This document shows, in pieces, positions 7,012-13,664 of a stretch of DNA of 13,664 nucleotides. The notes beneath the pieces were generated by a model. That model searched no databases, was not told the DNA's origin, and saw nothing but the letters and a program-made list of their open reading frames with translations. Location of the stretch: the IMG/VR virus record IMGVR_UViG_3300014691_000055; one strand, 5' to 3'. The position numbers and the translations under genes were made by a program. The DNA comes from a virus. Its lineage: Duplodnaviria; Heunggongvirae; Uroviricota; Caudoviricetes. Position 1 is the first letter of the stretch. Every line of letters begins with the position of its first letter.

Positions 7012-7650
7012 ATGAGCAAGCAAACAATATCTGAACGCATAACCCAACGTATGCATGCGCTAAACCTGAAAGGCAAAGACCTTGTCAATGCCACTGGCGC
7101 ATCAAAAGGCTCCGTAAGTCAATGGATGAACGGTGGAGGAGCGCCGTCCTCGCGTTACATAAGTTCACTGGCAAAGATATTGAAAGTAAACGAAAATTGG
7201 CTTCTTAATGGAGGAGAGTTAAATACAGGTGATTCGCTTGATCTATCTTTACCGCCGATAAAAACGGTTCCGCTACTATCACTTCAGCAGGCAGCAAGCT
7301 GGAGTGATTATATGAAAAATTCCTCAATAACCTCTTGTGTGCAGCTTGTCGGAGAAATCCCGGCCAATACCTTTGCAGTTGTTCTAGAGAGTGACAGTAT
7401 GTCAACATCTGGTGGGGGAGTTTCCATCCCAAATGGTTCAACAGTTTTTGTTGATCCCGATCGAACCGTACAACCAGGAAATATTGTCCTTGCCTTGCCC
7501 AAAGGGACCACAACACCTGTCATTCGTAAACTGGAGATTGAAGGGCCGGATATTCTTTTAGTCCCCACGAATCCTCGCTACCCTTCAATTATGCTGGATG
7601 ATCTATCTTGCATATTGGGCGTATGCTTTAAAATTCAACAAGATATTTAA
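7012..7650 (+). CDS. CI-like phage repressor (N-terminal HTH_XRE, C-terminal S24 LexA-like autopeptidase), 212 aa
   Basis: ATG 7012; HTH region GKDLVNATGASKGSVSQWMNG; C-terminal DSMSTSGGG...VIRKL Ser/Lys dyad pattern of S24 peptidases. Confidence 0.82.
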   Translation: MSKQTISERITQRMHALNLKGKDLVNATGASKGSVSQWMNGGGAPSSRYISSLAKILKVNENWLLNGGELNTGDSLDLSLPPIKTVPLLSLQQAASWSDYMKNSSITSCVQLVGEIPANTFAVVLESDSMSTSGGGVSIPNGSTVFVDPDRTVQPGNIVLALPKGTTTPVIRKLEIEGPDILLVPTNPRYPSIMLDDLSCILGVCFKIQQDI

Positions 7651-7714
7651 CCAACCTCATCTATTTGATTAACTGTATGCCATCGTGGTGATGGCTTAAC
7701 AGCTGCCTGCTCAA

Positions 7715-7763
7715 AATGTTTTGATAAAAAAACATTGACCTGAAAAGTTCATTTTTCTAAACT
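7715..7763 (+). promoter_or_regulatory. PL-like promoter (-35 TTGACC 7735..7740, 17-nt spacer, -10 TAAACT 7758..7763) overlapped by inverted repeats AATGTTTT/AAAACATT and GAAAA/TTTTC (candidate OL operators)
   Basis: Hexamers and repeats read from sequence; position between cI-like gene and the rightward small-gene operon. Confidence 0.4.
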
Positions 7764-7941
7764 TCATTCATTCCCTCACCCCACCCCACAGAATGCAGGG
7801 CAATACTTCGAGTTACCAGGCAGTGGTCAGGGGTTAAGTAGCCAGCCCGAGGCGTAAGAACATGACGGCAGGGTTCAACTTTAATAACTATGCAGCAGGT
7901 TTTTGTTCCGCTACCCGGCGTTAAGGGGAAATGAGGTCAAC

Positions 7942-8097
7942 ATGGATACTATCGATCTTGGCAACAACGAATCTCTGGTGTACGGCGTGTTTCCCAACCA
8001 GGACGGCACATTCACCGCGATGACGTATACCAAAAGCAAAACGTTTAAAACCGAAAATGGCGCCCGTCGCTGGCTGGAAAGAAACTCAGGTGAGTGA
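7942..8097 (+). CDS. YdfA-like small protein (DUF1391-type, 51 aa)
   Basis: ATG 7942 with GAGGT SD; translation MDTIDLGNNESLVYGVFPNQDGTFTAMTYTKSKTFKTENGARRWLERNSGE resembles Qin ydfA from memory; track ORF starts at TTG 7903. Confidence 0.6.
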   Translation: MDTIDLGNNESLVYGVFPNQDGTFTAMTYTKSKTFKTENGARRWLERNSGE

Positions 8098-8098
8098 T

Positions 8099-8227
8099 AT
8101 GGATTTCGACACAATCATGGAAAAGGCTTACGAAGAATACTTCGAAGGCCTTGCCGAAGGCGAAGAAGCTCTCAGCTTCAGTGAGTTTAAACAGGCGCTT
8201 TCCAGTTCGACAAAATCTATCGACTAA
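8099..8227 (+). CDS. YdfB-like small protein (42 aa; MDFDTIMEKAYEEYFEGLAEGEEALSFSEFKQALSSSTKSID); not in ORF track
   Basis: Hand-translated; ATG 1 nt after upstream stop (tgaTATG), stop TAA 8225..8227. Confidence 0.5.
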   Translation: MDFDTIMEKAYEEYFEGLAEGEEALSFSEFKQALSSSTKSID

Positions 8228-8238
8228 CGGGGTTAAAG

Positions 8239-8397
8239 ATGGAATTTAAAGATTTACCTCCAGACACTCAGAAAATCGCCGCAGAAACACTGAAATCTCT
8301 CATTTTGAACGGGGAGACAGAAAAGGTAGAGCCAGCTAAAAAACTGGCTCAAGAAATCAGAGAAGCCTTTATTGCTCTTTATCAGTCTTCTCCATAG
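8239..8397 (+). CDS. Hypothetical small protein (52 aa; MEFKDLPPDTQKIAAETLKSLILNGETEK...); possible ydfC-like; not in ORF track
   Basis: Hand-translated; weak SD (GGGG); follows ydfB-like gene by 11 nt. Confidence 0.38.
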   Translation: MEFKDLPPDTQKIAAETLKSLILNGETEKVEPAKKLAQEIREAFIALYQSSP

Positions 8398-8554
8398 CTG
8401 CTTGTTTTTCTTCTTTCAATATATTGCGAATTGTAATAACTGAATTAGCCGCATCTGAAGGGGATGACATTTTGCCAGCCCGAATTAACTCAACTGTTAA
8501 GTTCAAAGCTGCAACAGATGGATAGGTAAATGGGTTAATTAACTTTTCTGACAT
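8369..8554 (-). CDS. Hypothetical small hydrophilic protein (61 aa from ATG 8554) transcribed against the surrounding rightward operon
   Basis: ATG rc 8552..8554 with GGAGG SD at 5-nt spacing; 3' end overlaps the + strand 52-aa ORF by 29 nt; family not recognised. Confidence 0.42.
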   Translation of the reverse strand: MSEKLINPFTYPSVAALNLTVELIRAGKMSSPSDAANSVITIRNILKEEKQAAMEKTDKEQ

Positions 8555-8768
8555 TTTATCCTCCATTGAGGTTCTGGGTTAAAAATGGAGACCAACACGC
8601 TGCCACATGTGGTCGTGCGCCGGACACGGATAAGAATCCGGCACTGACAGTTTACTGAAAGGATATATCCCTGAAAAGTCAGGGCATAACGCGAAAGCGC
8701 ACGGCGAAGTTCGTCTCACTGTACGGTGTCGTTAAATTTAATTCGACCGTGCGCTTCCGGTTGTGGCA

Positions 8769-8959
8769 NNNNNNNNNNNNNNNNNNNNNNNNNNNNNNNN
8801 NNNNNNNNNNNNNNNNNNNNNNNNNNNNNNNNNNNNNNNNNNNNNNNNNNNNNNNNNNNNNNNNNNNNNNNNNNNNNNNNNNNNNNNNNNNNNNNNNNNN
8901 NNNNNNNNNNNNNNNNNNNNNNNNNNNNNNNNNNNNNNNNNNNNNNNNNNNNNNNNNNN
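8769..8959. other. Run of 191 N (assembly gap or masked sequence)
   Basis: Read directly; all track ORFs crossing it (X-containing translations) are artefacts. Confidence 0.99.
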
Positions 8960-9084
8960 CCAGTTGACTTCCGTATTGGTTCTTATGGGTGGGTTCTCTG
9001 TATCCGGCGTTAATTGTTAACTGGTTAACGTCACCTGGAGGCACCAGGCACCGCATCACAAAATTCATTGTTGAGGACGCGATA

Positions 9085-9273
9085 ATGGAAACGTTATTAC
9101 CAAACGTTAATACGTCTGAAGGTTGTTTTGAAATTGGTGTCAGTATCAGTAACCCTGCATTTACTGAAGATGCCATTAATAAGAGAAAACACGAACGGGA
9201 GTTATTAAATCAAATATGCATTGTTTCAATGCTGGCCCGTTTACGTCTGATGCAAAAAGGATACTGGCAATGA
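9085..9273 (+). CDS. Hypothetical small protein (62 aa; METLLPNVNTSEGCFEIGV...)
   Basis: ATG 9085 with GAGGA SD 8 nt upstream; stop overlaps next start (ATGA 9270..9273). Confidence 0.45.
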   Translation: METLLPNVNTSEGCFEIGVSISNPAFTEDAINKRKHERELLNQICIVSMLARLRLMQKGYWQ

Positions 9274-9473
9274 ATACCACATTTGCACTTGTTCTGACGG
9301 TTTTTCTTGTTTCCGGTGAACCGGTTGACATGGTTACTGGCGTATACGACTCAATGAAAGAATGCATGGCTGCCGCAGCGGAACAGAAAATTCCCGGTAA
9401 CTGCTATCCGGTCGATAAAGTTATTCACATGAATAATAACGAAGTCCCGGCAGGATTAAAAACAGCACCGTAA
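9270..9473 (+). CDS. Small exported protein (67 aa) with N-terminal signal-peptide-like segment MNTTFALVLTVFLVSG and two Cys
   Basis: ATG 9270 with AAGGA SD; hydrophobic N-terminus then hydrophilic body; translationally coupled to upstream ORF. Confidence 0.5.
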   Translation: MNTTFALVLTVFLVSGEPVDMVTGVYDSMKECMAAAAEQKIPGNCYPVDKVIHMNNNEVPAGLKTAP

Positions 9474-9553
9474 TTAATATCCGGTTTCATTTTTATATGC
9501 CAGCAATGGCAGGGATTTGTTCACCCTTAAATCTGTAATGAGGTTAAAACAAA

Positions 9554-12025
9554 ATGAGTAAAGTCTTTATTTGCGCCGCCATTCCGGACGAACAGGCAAT
9601 AAAGGAAGAAGGTGCAGTCGCTGTAGCCACTGCCATTGAAGCCGGCGACGAACGCCGCGCCCGTGCCAAATTTACCTGGCAATTCCTGGAGCAATATCCG
9701 GCTGCTCAGGACTGCGCTTATAAATTTCTTGTCTGCGAGGATAAACCCGGCATGCCCCGCCCTGCCATCGACTCCTGGGATACCGAATATATGCAGGAAA
9801 ACCGCTGGGATGAGGAATCCGCTTCCTTTGTTCCGGTCGAACCAGAATCCGATCCGATGAACGTCAATTTTGACAAGCTGTCCCTTGAAGTGCAGAACGC
9901 GGTCCTGGTTAAGTTCGGTACATGTGAAAACATCACCGTTGATATGGCGATTGACGCGCAGGAATTACTGCAGGAAAACGTGGCTACCTTTGACGGGCAT
10001 ATCGTTGAAGCACTGATGAAAACGCCTGAAATTAACGCTATGTATCCGGAACGCAAACTGTTCGCTATCGGATGGGTTAAACACAAATGTAATCCGGGTG
10101 CCAAATGGCCCGAAATTCAGGCTGAATTACGTAACTGGAAAAAACGGCAGGACGCAGAGCGCAAAGAGACTGGAAAATGCACGTCTGTTGTTGATCTCGC
10201 CCGCGCCAGAGTCAATCAACAGAACACTGAAAACTCAGCAGGAAAAATCAACCCAGTCACTGCCGCCATTCGTCGCCAATACAAGCAGACATGGAAAACG
10301 CTGGATGAAGAACTGGCCTACGCTCTCTGGCCTGGCGATATTGATGCCGGAAACATTGACGGCAGCATCCATCGCTGGGCAAAAAATGAAGTTATCGACA
10401 AAGATCGCGAAGACTGGAAGCGCATCTCCGCATCAATGCGCAAACAGCCTGATGCGATTCGCTACAACCGCCAAACTATTTTTGGCCTTGTCCGTGAACG
10501 TCCGATCGACATTCACAAAGATCCTGTAGCGCTGAACAAATACATCACTGAATACCTGGCGACAAAGGGCGTGTTTGAGGATGAAGAAACAGACCAGAGC
10601 ACTGCTGATATTCTCCAGCCGTCAGCAGCACAAACTGATGCAGTGGAAACTGAAGTATCTGATACCCAAAAAAATGAAAGCGCGCTGGAAACTGAACCAT
10701 CTGTAGAGCGTGAGGGACCGTTCTATTTTCTCTTCACCGATAAAGATGGCGAAAAATATGGCCGCGCAAACAAACTTTCTGGTCTGGATAAGGCGCTGGC
10801 TGCAGGGGCTACTGAAATCACGAAAGAAGAATATTTTGCCCGCAAAAACGGTACATACTCAGGTTCACAACAAAATACTGGTACATCTGACACGATCGCA
10901 CAACCAGAGCCGGTAAAAGTTACCGCTGACGAAGTAAACAAAATTATGCAGGCAGCCAATATCAGCCAGCCTGACGCCGATGAACTGCTTGCAGTATCAC
11001 GTGGTGAATTTGTTGCAGGGATTAGCGATCCGAATGATCCGAAATGGGTGAAGGGGATTGAAACCCGCGATTCTGTGAACCAGAACCAGCAAGAAATGGA
11101 ACAGAACGACCAGAAAGCGGAACAAAACAGCCCAAATACGCAACAAAACGAGCCAGAAACGAAACAATCCGAACCAGTAGCACAACAGGAACAGGAAAAA
11201 GTCTGCACCGCCTGCGGTCAGAGCGGTGGCGGCAACTGCCCTGATTGTGGCGCGGTGATGGGCGACGCAACATACCAGGAAACATTCGATGAAGAGAATC
11301 AGGTTGAAGTTCAGGAAAATGATCCGGAGGAAATGGAAGGCGCTGAACATCCACACAAGGAGAACCCTGGCGGCAATCAGCATCACGCCAGCGATAATAA
11401 AACTGGCGAGGCGACAGATCCCTTAATTAAGGTGAACAGTCATCATAAGCTCACATCCACCAGCAGAGCGGGGATTCATCTGATGATCGACCTTGAAACC
11501 ATGGGAAAAAATCCTGATGCCCCGATTATCTCAATAGGTGCAATATTTTTCGAGCCACAAACCGGAGATATGGGACCGGAATTTAGTAAGACTATCGATC
11601 TGGAAACTGCTGGCGGAGTCATTGATCGGGACACCATTAAATGGTGGCTTAAGCAATCACGCGAAGCGCAATCTGCCATTATGACCGATGAAATCCCGTT
11701 AGATGATGCACTGTTACAATTGCGGGAATTTATCGACGAAAACTCCGGTGAATTTTTTGTTCAGGTCTGGGGAAATGGAGCCAACTTCGACAACACGATT
11801 TTGCGCCGTTCATACGAACGGCAGGGGATCCCCTGCCCGTGGCGTTACTACAACGATCGCGATGTACGCACAATCGTTGAGCTGGGGAAAGCCATAGACT
11901 TCGATGCCAGAACGGCTATTCCATTCGAAGGTGAGCGCCATAATGCACTTGATGACGCCCGTTACCAGGCAAAATACGTTTCAGTTATCTGGCAAAAACT
12001 GATCCCGAGTCAGGCTGATTCTTAA
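9554..12025 (+). CDS. RecE-like (exodeoxyribonuclease VIII-like) large protein, 823 aa, whose C-terminal ~185 aa form a DnaQ-like DEDDh 3'-5' exonuclease domain
   Basis: Central region (SRGEFVAGISDPNDPKWVKGIETRD ... CTACGQSGGGNCPDCGAVMGDATYQETFDEENQVEVQENDPEEMEGAEHPH) matches my memory of Rac RecE; C-terminus has Exo I MIDLETMG, Exo II WGNGANFDNTIL, Exo III HNALDDARY. Confidence 0.8.
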   Translation: MSKVFICAAIPDEQAIKEEGAVAVATAIEAGDERRARAKFTWQFLEQYPAAQDCAYKFLVCEDKPGMPRPAIDSWDTEYMQENRWDEESASFVPVEPESDPMNVNFDKLSLEVQNAVLVKFGTCENITVDMAIDAQELLQENVATFDGHIVEALMKTPEINAMYPERKLFAIGWVKHKCNPGAKWPEIQAELRNWKKRQDAERKETGKCTSVVDLARARVNQQNTENSAGKINPVTAAIRRQYKQTWKTLDEELAYALWPGDIDAGNIDGSIHRWAKNEVIDKDREDWKRISASMRKQPDAIRYNRQTIFGLVRERPIDIHKDPVALNKYITEYLATKGVFEDEETDQSTADILQPSAAQTDAVETEVSDTQKNESALETEPSVEREGPFYFLFTDKDGEKYGRANKLSGLDKALAAGATEITKEEYFARKNGTYSGSQQNTGTSDTIAQPEPVKVTADEVNKIMQAANISQPDADELLAVSRGEFVAGISDPNDPKWVKGIETRDSVNQNQQEMEQNDQKAEQNSPNTQQNEPETKQSEPVAQQEQEKVCTACGQSGGGNCPDCGAVMGDATYQETFDEENQVEVQENDPEEMEGAEHPHKENPGGNQHHASDNKTGEATDPLIKVNSHHKLTSTSRAGIHLMIDLETMGKNPDAPIISIGAIFFEPQTGDMGPEFSKTIDLETAGGVIDRDTIKWWLKQSREAQSAIMTDEIPLDDALLQLREFIDENSGEFFVQVWGNGANFDNTILRRSYERQGIPCPWRYYNDRDVRTIVELGKAIDFDARTAIPFEGERHNALDDARYQAKYVSVIWQKLIPSQADS

Positions 12026-12035
12026 TGTTCAACTG

Positions 12036-12069
12036 TCGCCGGTTGTGACTGGTATTCTGCAACCGGCGC
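12036..12069 (+). other. Stem-loop (GCCGGTTG ... CAACCGGC, 14-nt loop) between recE-like gene and xis; possible attenuator or RNase site
   Basis: 8-bp inverted repeat read from sequence; no U-tract. Confidence 0.3.
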
Positions 12070-12097
12070 TCGTCTGATGTAAGAGATAAAGAAATCG

Positions 12098-12349
12098 ATG
12101 AGCGAAGTAATCATGATTGTCTCTCCCGGCAAATGGGTATCCGAAGAGCAGTTAATTGCGCTGAAAGGAATAAAAAAAGGTACGTTAAAAAAGGCCCGGG
12201 AAAAATCGTTTATGGAAGGAAGGGAATATAAGCATGTCGCTCATGACGGTATGCCATGGGATAACAGTCCATGCTTTTACAACCTGGAAGAAATTGATCG
12301 CTGGATTGAGCGCCAGGCATCAGCGAGACCAAGACGTCATCTTACTTGA
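12098..12349 (+). CDS. Excisionase-like protein (lambda Xis-type, 83 aa; alternative ATG at 12113)
   Basis: Position immediately upstream of integrase; GREY motif region resembles lambda Xis DNA-binding fold pattern (memory). Confidence 0.6.
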   Translation: MSEVIMIVSPGKWVSEEQLIALKGIKKGTLKKAREKSFMEGREYKHVAHDGMPWDNSPCFYNLEEIDRWIERQASARPRRHLT

Positions 12350-12368
12350 CTAAAAGCCACACTAACTA

Positions 12369-13664
12369 ATGAGAGAAGTTGAAATGAAATATCCGACAGG
12401 CGTGGAAAACCATGGAGGGAAATTACGTATCTGGTTTGTTTATAAAGGCGTAAGAGTCAGGGAAAATCTGGGGGTTCCTGACACAGCAAAAAACAGGCGC
12501 GTTGCAGGTGAACTACGCTCCTCTGTTTGTTACGCAATAAAAACTGGTGTTTTCGACTATGCAAAACAGTTTCCCTCCTCACGCAATCTGGAAAAATTTG
12601 GTGAGGCCCGACAAGATTTAACCATAAAAGAACTGGCTGAAAAATTTCTGGCACTGAAAGAAACTGAAGTCGCCAAAACATCACTCAACACATACCGTGC
12701 CGTCATCAAAAATATCCTGAGCATAATCGGTGAAAAAAATCTTGCCTCATCGATTAATAAAGAAAAATTACTGGAGGTTCGTAAAGAGCTACTGACTGGA
12801 TACCAGATCCCCAAAAGTAACTATATTGTTACACAACCAGGGAGATCGGCTGTAACTGTAAATAATTACATGACAAATCTTAACGCCGTGTTCCAGTTTG
12901 GTGTTGATAACGGTTACCTGCCAGATAATCCGTTTAAGGGGATCTCGCCATTAAAGGAATCAAGAACCATTCCGGATCCTCTTTCGCGGGAGGAATTTAT
13001 CCGTCTTATCGATGCGTGCAGAAATCAGCAAGCAAAAAATTTATGGTGTGTTTCTGTTTATACTGGCGTTCGCCCTGGTGAGCTGTGTGCACTTGGATGG
13101 GAGGACATAGATCTGAAAAATGGAACAATGATGATCAGGAGAAATTTAGCAAAAGACCGTTTCACGGTACCAAAAACACAGGCGGGAACCAATCGGGTCA
13201 TTCATCTTATTAAGCCAGCAATCGACGCTCTCCGGAGTCAGATGACATTAACGAGACTGAGCAAAGAGCATATCATTGATGTTCACCTCAGAGAGTATGG
13301 CAGAACAGAAAAACAAAAATGCACCTTTGTTTTTCAACCTGAAGTGTCAGCGAGAGTAAAAAATTATGGTGACCATTTTACCGTTGACTCAATAAGGCAG
13401 ATGTGGGACGCAGCGATAAAACGTGCCGGACTCCGCCATCGAAAATCATATCAGTCGAGACATACTTATGCCTGCTGGTCGCTGACAGCTGGTGCTAACC
13501 CGGCATTTATAGCAAACCAGATGGGCCATGCAGATGCGCAAATGGTATTTCAGGTATACGGAAAATGGATGTCTGAAAACAATAATGCACAGGTAGCTTT
13601 GTTAAATACACAGTTAAGCGAGTTTGCCCCAACCATGCCCCATAACGAAGCAATGAAAAATTAA
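12369..13664 (+). CDS. Tyrosine-type site-specific integrase (N-terminal arm-binding DUF3596-like domain plus C-terminal catalytic domain), 431 aa; alternative start ATG 12384
   Basis: C-terminal motifs HTYACWSL...GHADAQMVFQVYGKW (H-x-x-R, catalytic Tyr context); N-terminal KLRIWFVYKGVRVRENLG arm-binding pattern; ORF stop at final window base. Confidence 0.88.
   Translation: MREVEMKYPTGVENHGGKLRIWFVYKGVRVRENLGVPDTAKNRRVAGELRSSVCYAIKTGVFDYAKQFPSSRNLEKFGEARQDLTIKELAEKFLALKETEVAKTSLNTYRAVIKNILSIIGEKNLASSINKEKLLEVRKELLTGYQIPKSNYIVTQPGRSAVTVNNYMTNLNAVFQFGVDNGYLPDNPFKGISPLKESRTIPDPLSREEFIRLIDACRNQQAKNLWCVSVYTGVRPGELCALGWEDIDLKNGTMMIRRNLAKDRFTVPKTQAGTNRVIHLIKPAIDALRSQMTLTRLSKEHIIDVHLREYGRTEKQKCTFVFQPEVSARVKNYGDHFTVDSIRQMWDAAIKRAGLRHRKSYQSRHTYACWSLTAGANPAFIANQMGHADAQMVFQVYGKWMSENNNAQVALLNTQLSEFAPTMPHNEAMKN

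Noticed and set aside
7205-7568. Minus-strand ORFs (103 aa and 86 aa) inside the cI-like gene
   Set aside because: Antisense to a gene with clear HTH and S24 motifs.
8679-9176. 165-aa minus-strand ORF and three plus-strand ORFs (8726..9013, 8749..8967, 8763..9020) whose translations contain long X runs
   Set aside because: They read through the 191-nt N gap; the frame across the gap is arbitrary, so these are artefacts.
9718-10104. 128-aa minus-strand ORF, and the 10723..11386 minus-strand ORFs, inside the recE-like gene
   Set aside because: Antisense to a long ORF with clear homology and motifs; the Cys/Phe-rich low-complexity translations reflect the acidic Q/E-rich sense strand.
1-13664. 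CRISPR arrays, rRNA genes, IS elements, retron or reverse-transcriptase genes
   Set aside because: No regularly spaced direct repeats with unique spacers, no transposase-like ORFs with terminal inverted repeats, and no RT motifs were seen in any frame.

Overview
The window opens with the sucrose permease gene cscB (1..1248) and then runs through about 12 kb of a lambdoid prophage related to Rac, Qin and CPS-53, apparently integrated at the argW tRNA-Arg site. The prophage part contains only the integrase-proximal regulatory, replication and nin-like genes, with no lysis or morphogenesis genes before the att-like core at 1690..1704, so it looks defective. Its layout is a divergent immunity switch (cI-like repressor on + at 7012..7650; cro-like and cII-like genes on -), a leftward operon (replication initiator with internal iterons, orphan methyltransferase, HNH endonuclease, DUF551 protein) and a rightward operon (small ydfA/B/C-like genes, a large RecE-like exonuclease, excisionase, integrase ending exactly at 13664). 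I do not see a clear multi-gene defence system. The most unusual items are a RecE-like protein whose C-terminus is a DEDDh 3'-5' exonuclease with no RecT partner, two separated argW fragments flanking an alpA-like gene, and a small-gene island around a 191-nt run of N (8769..8959). All protein identifications are from reading the translations and memory of families; no searches were run. The ORF track uses GTG/TTG starts, so several starts were re-picked by codon and Shine-Dalgarno (SD) inspection.
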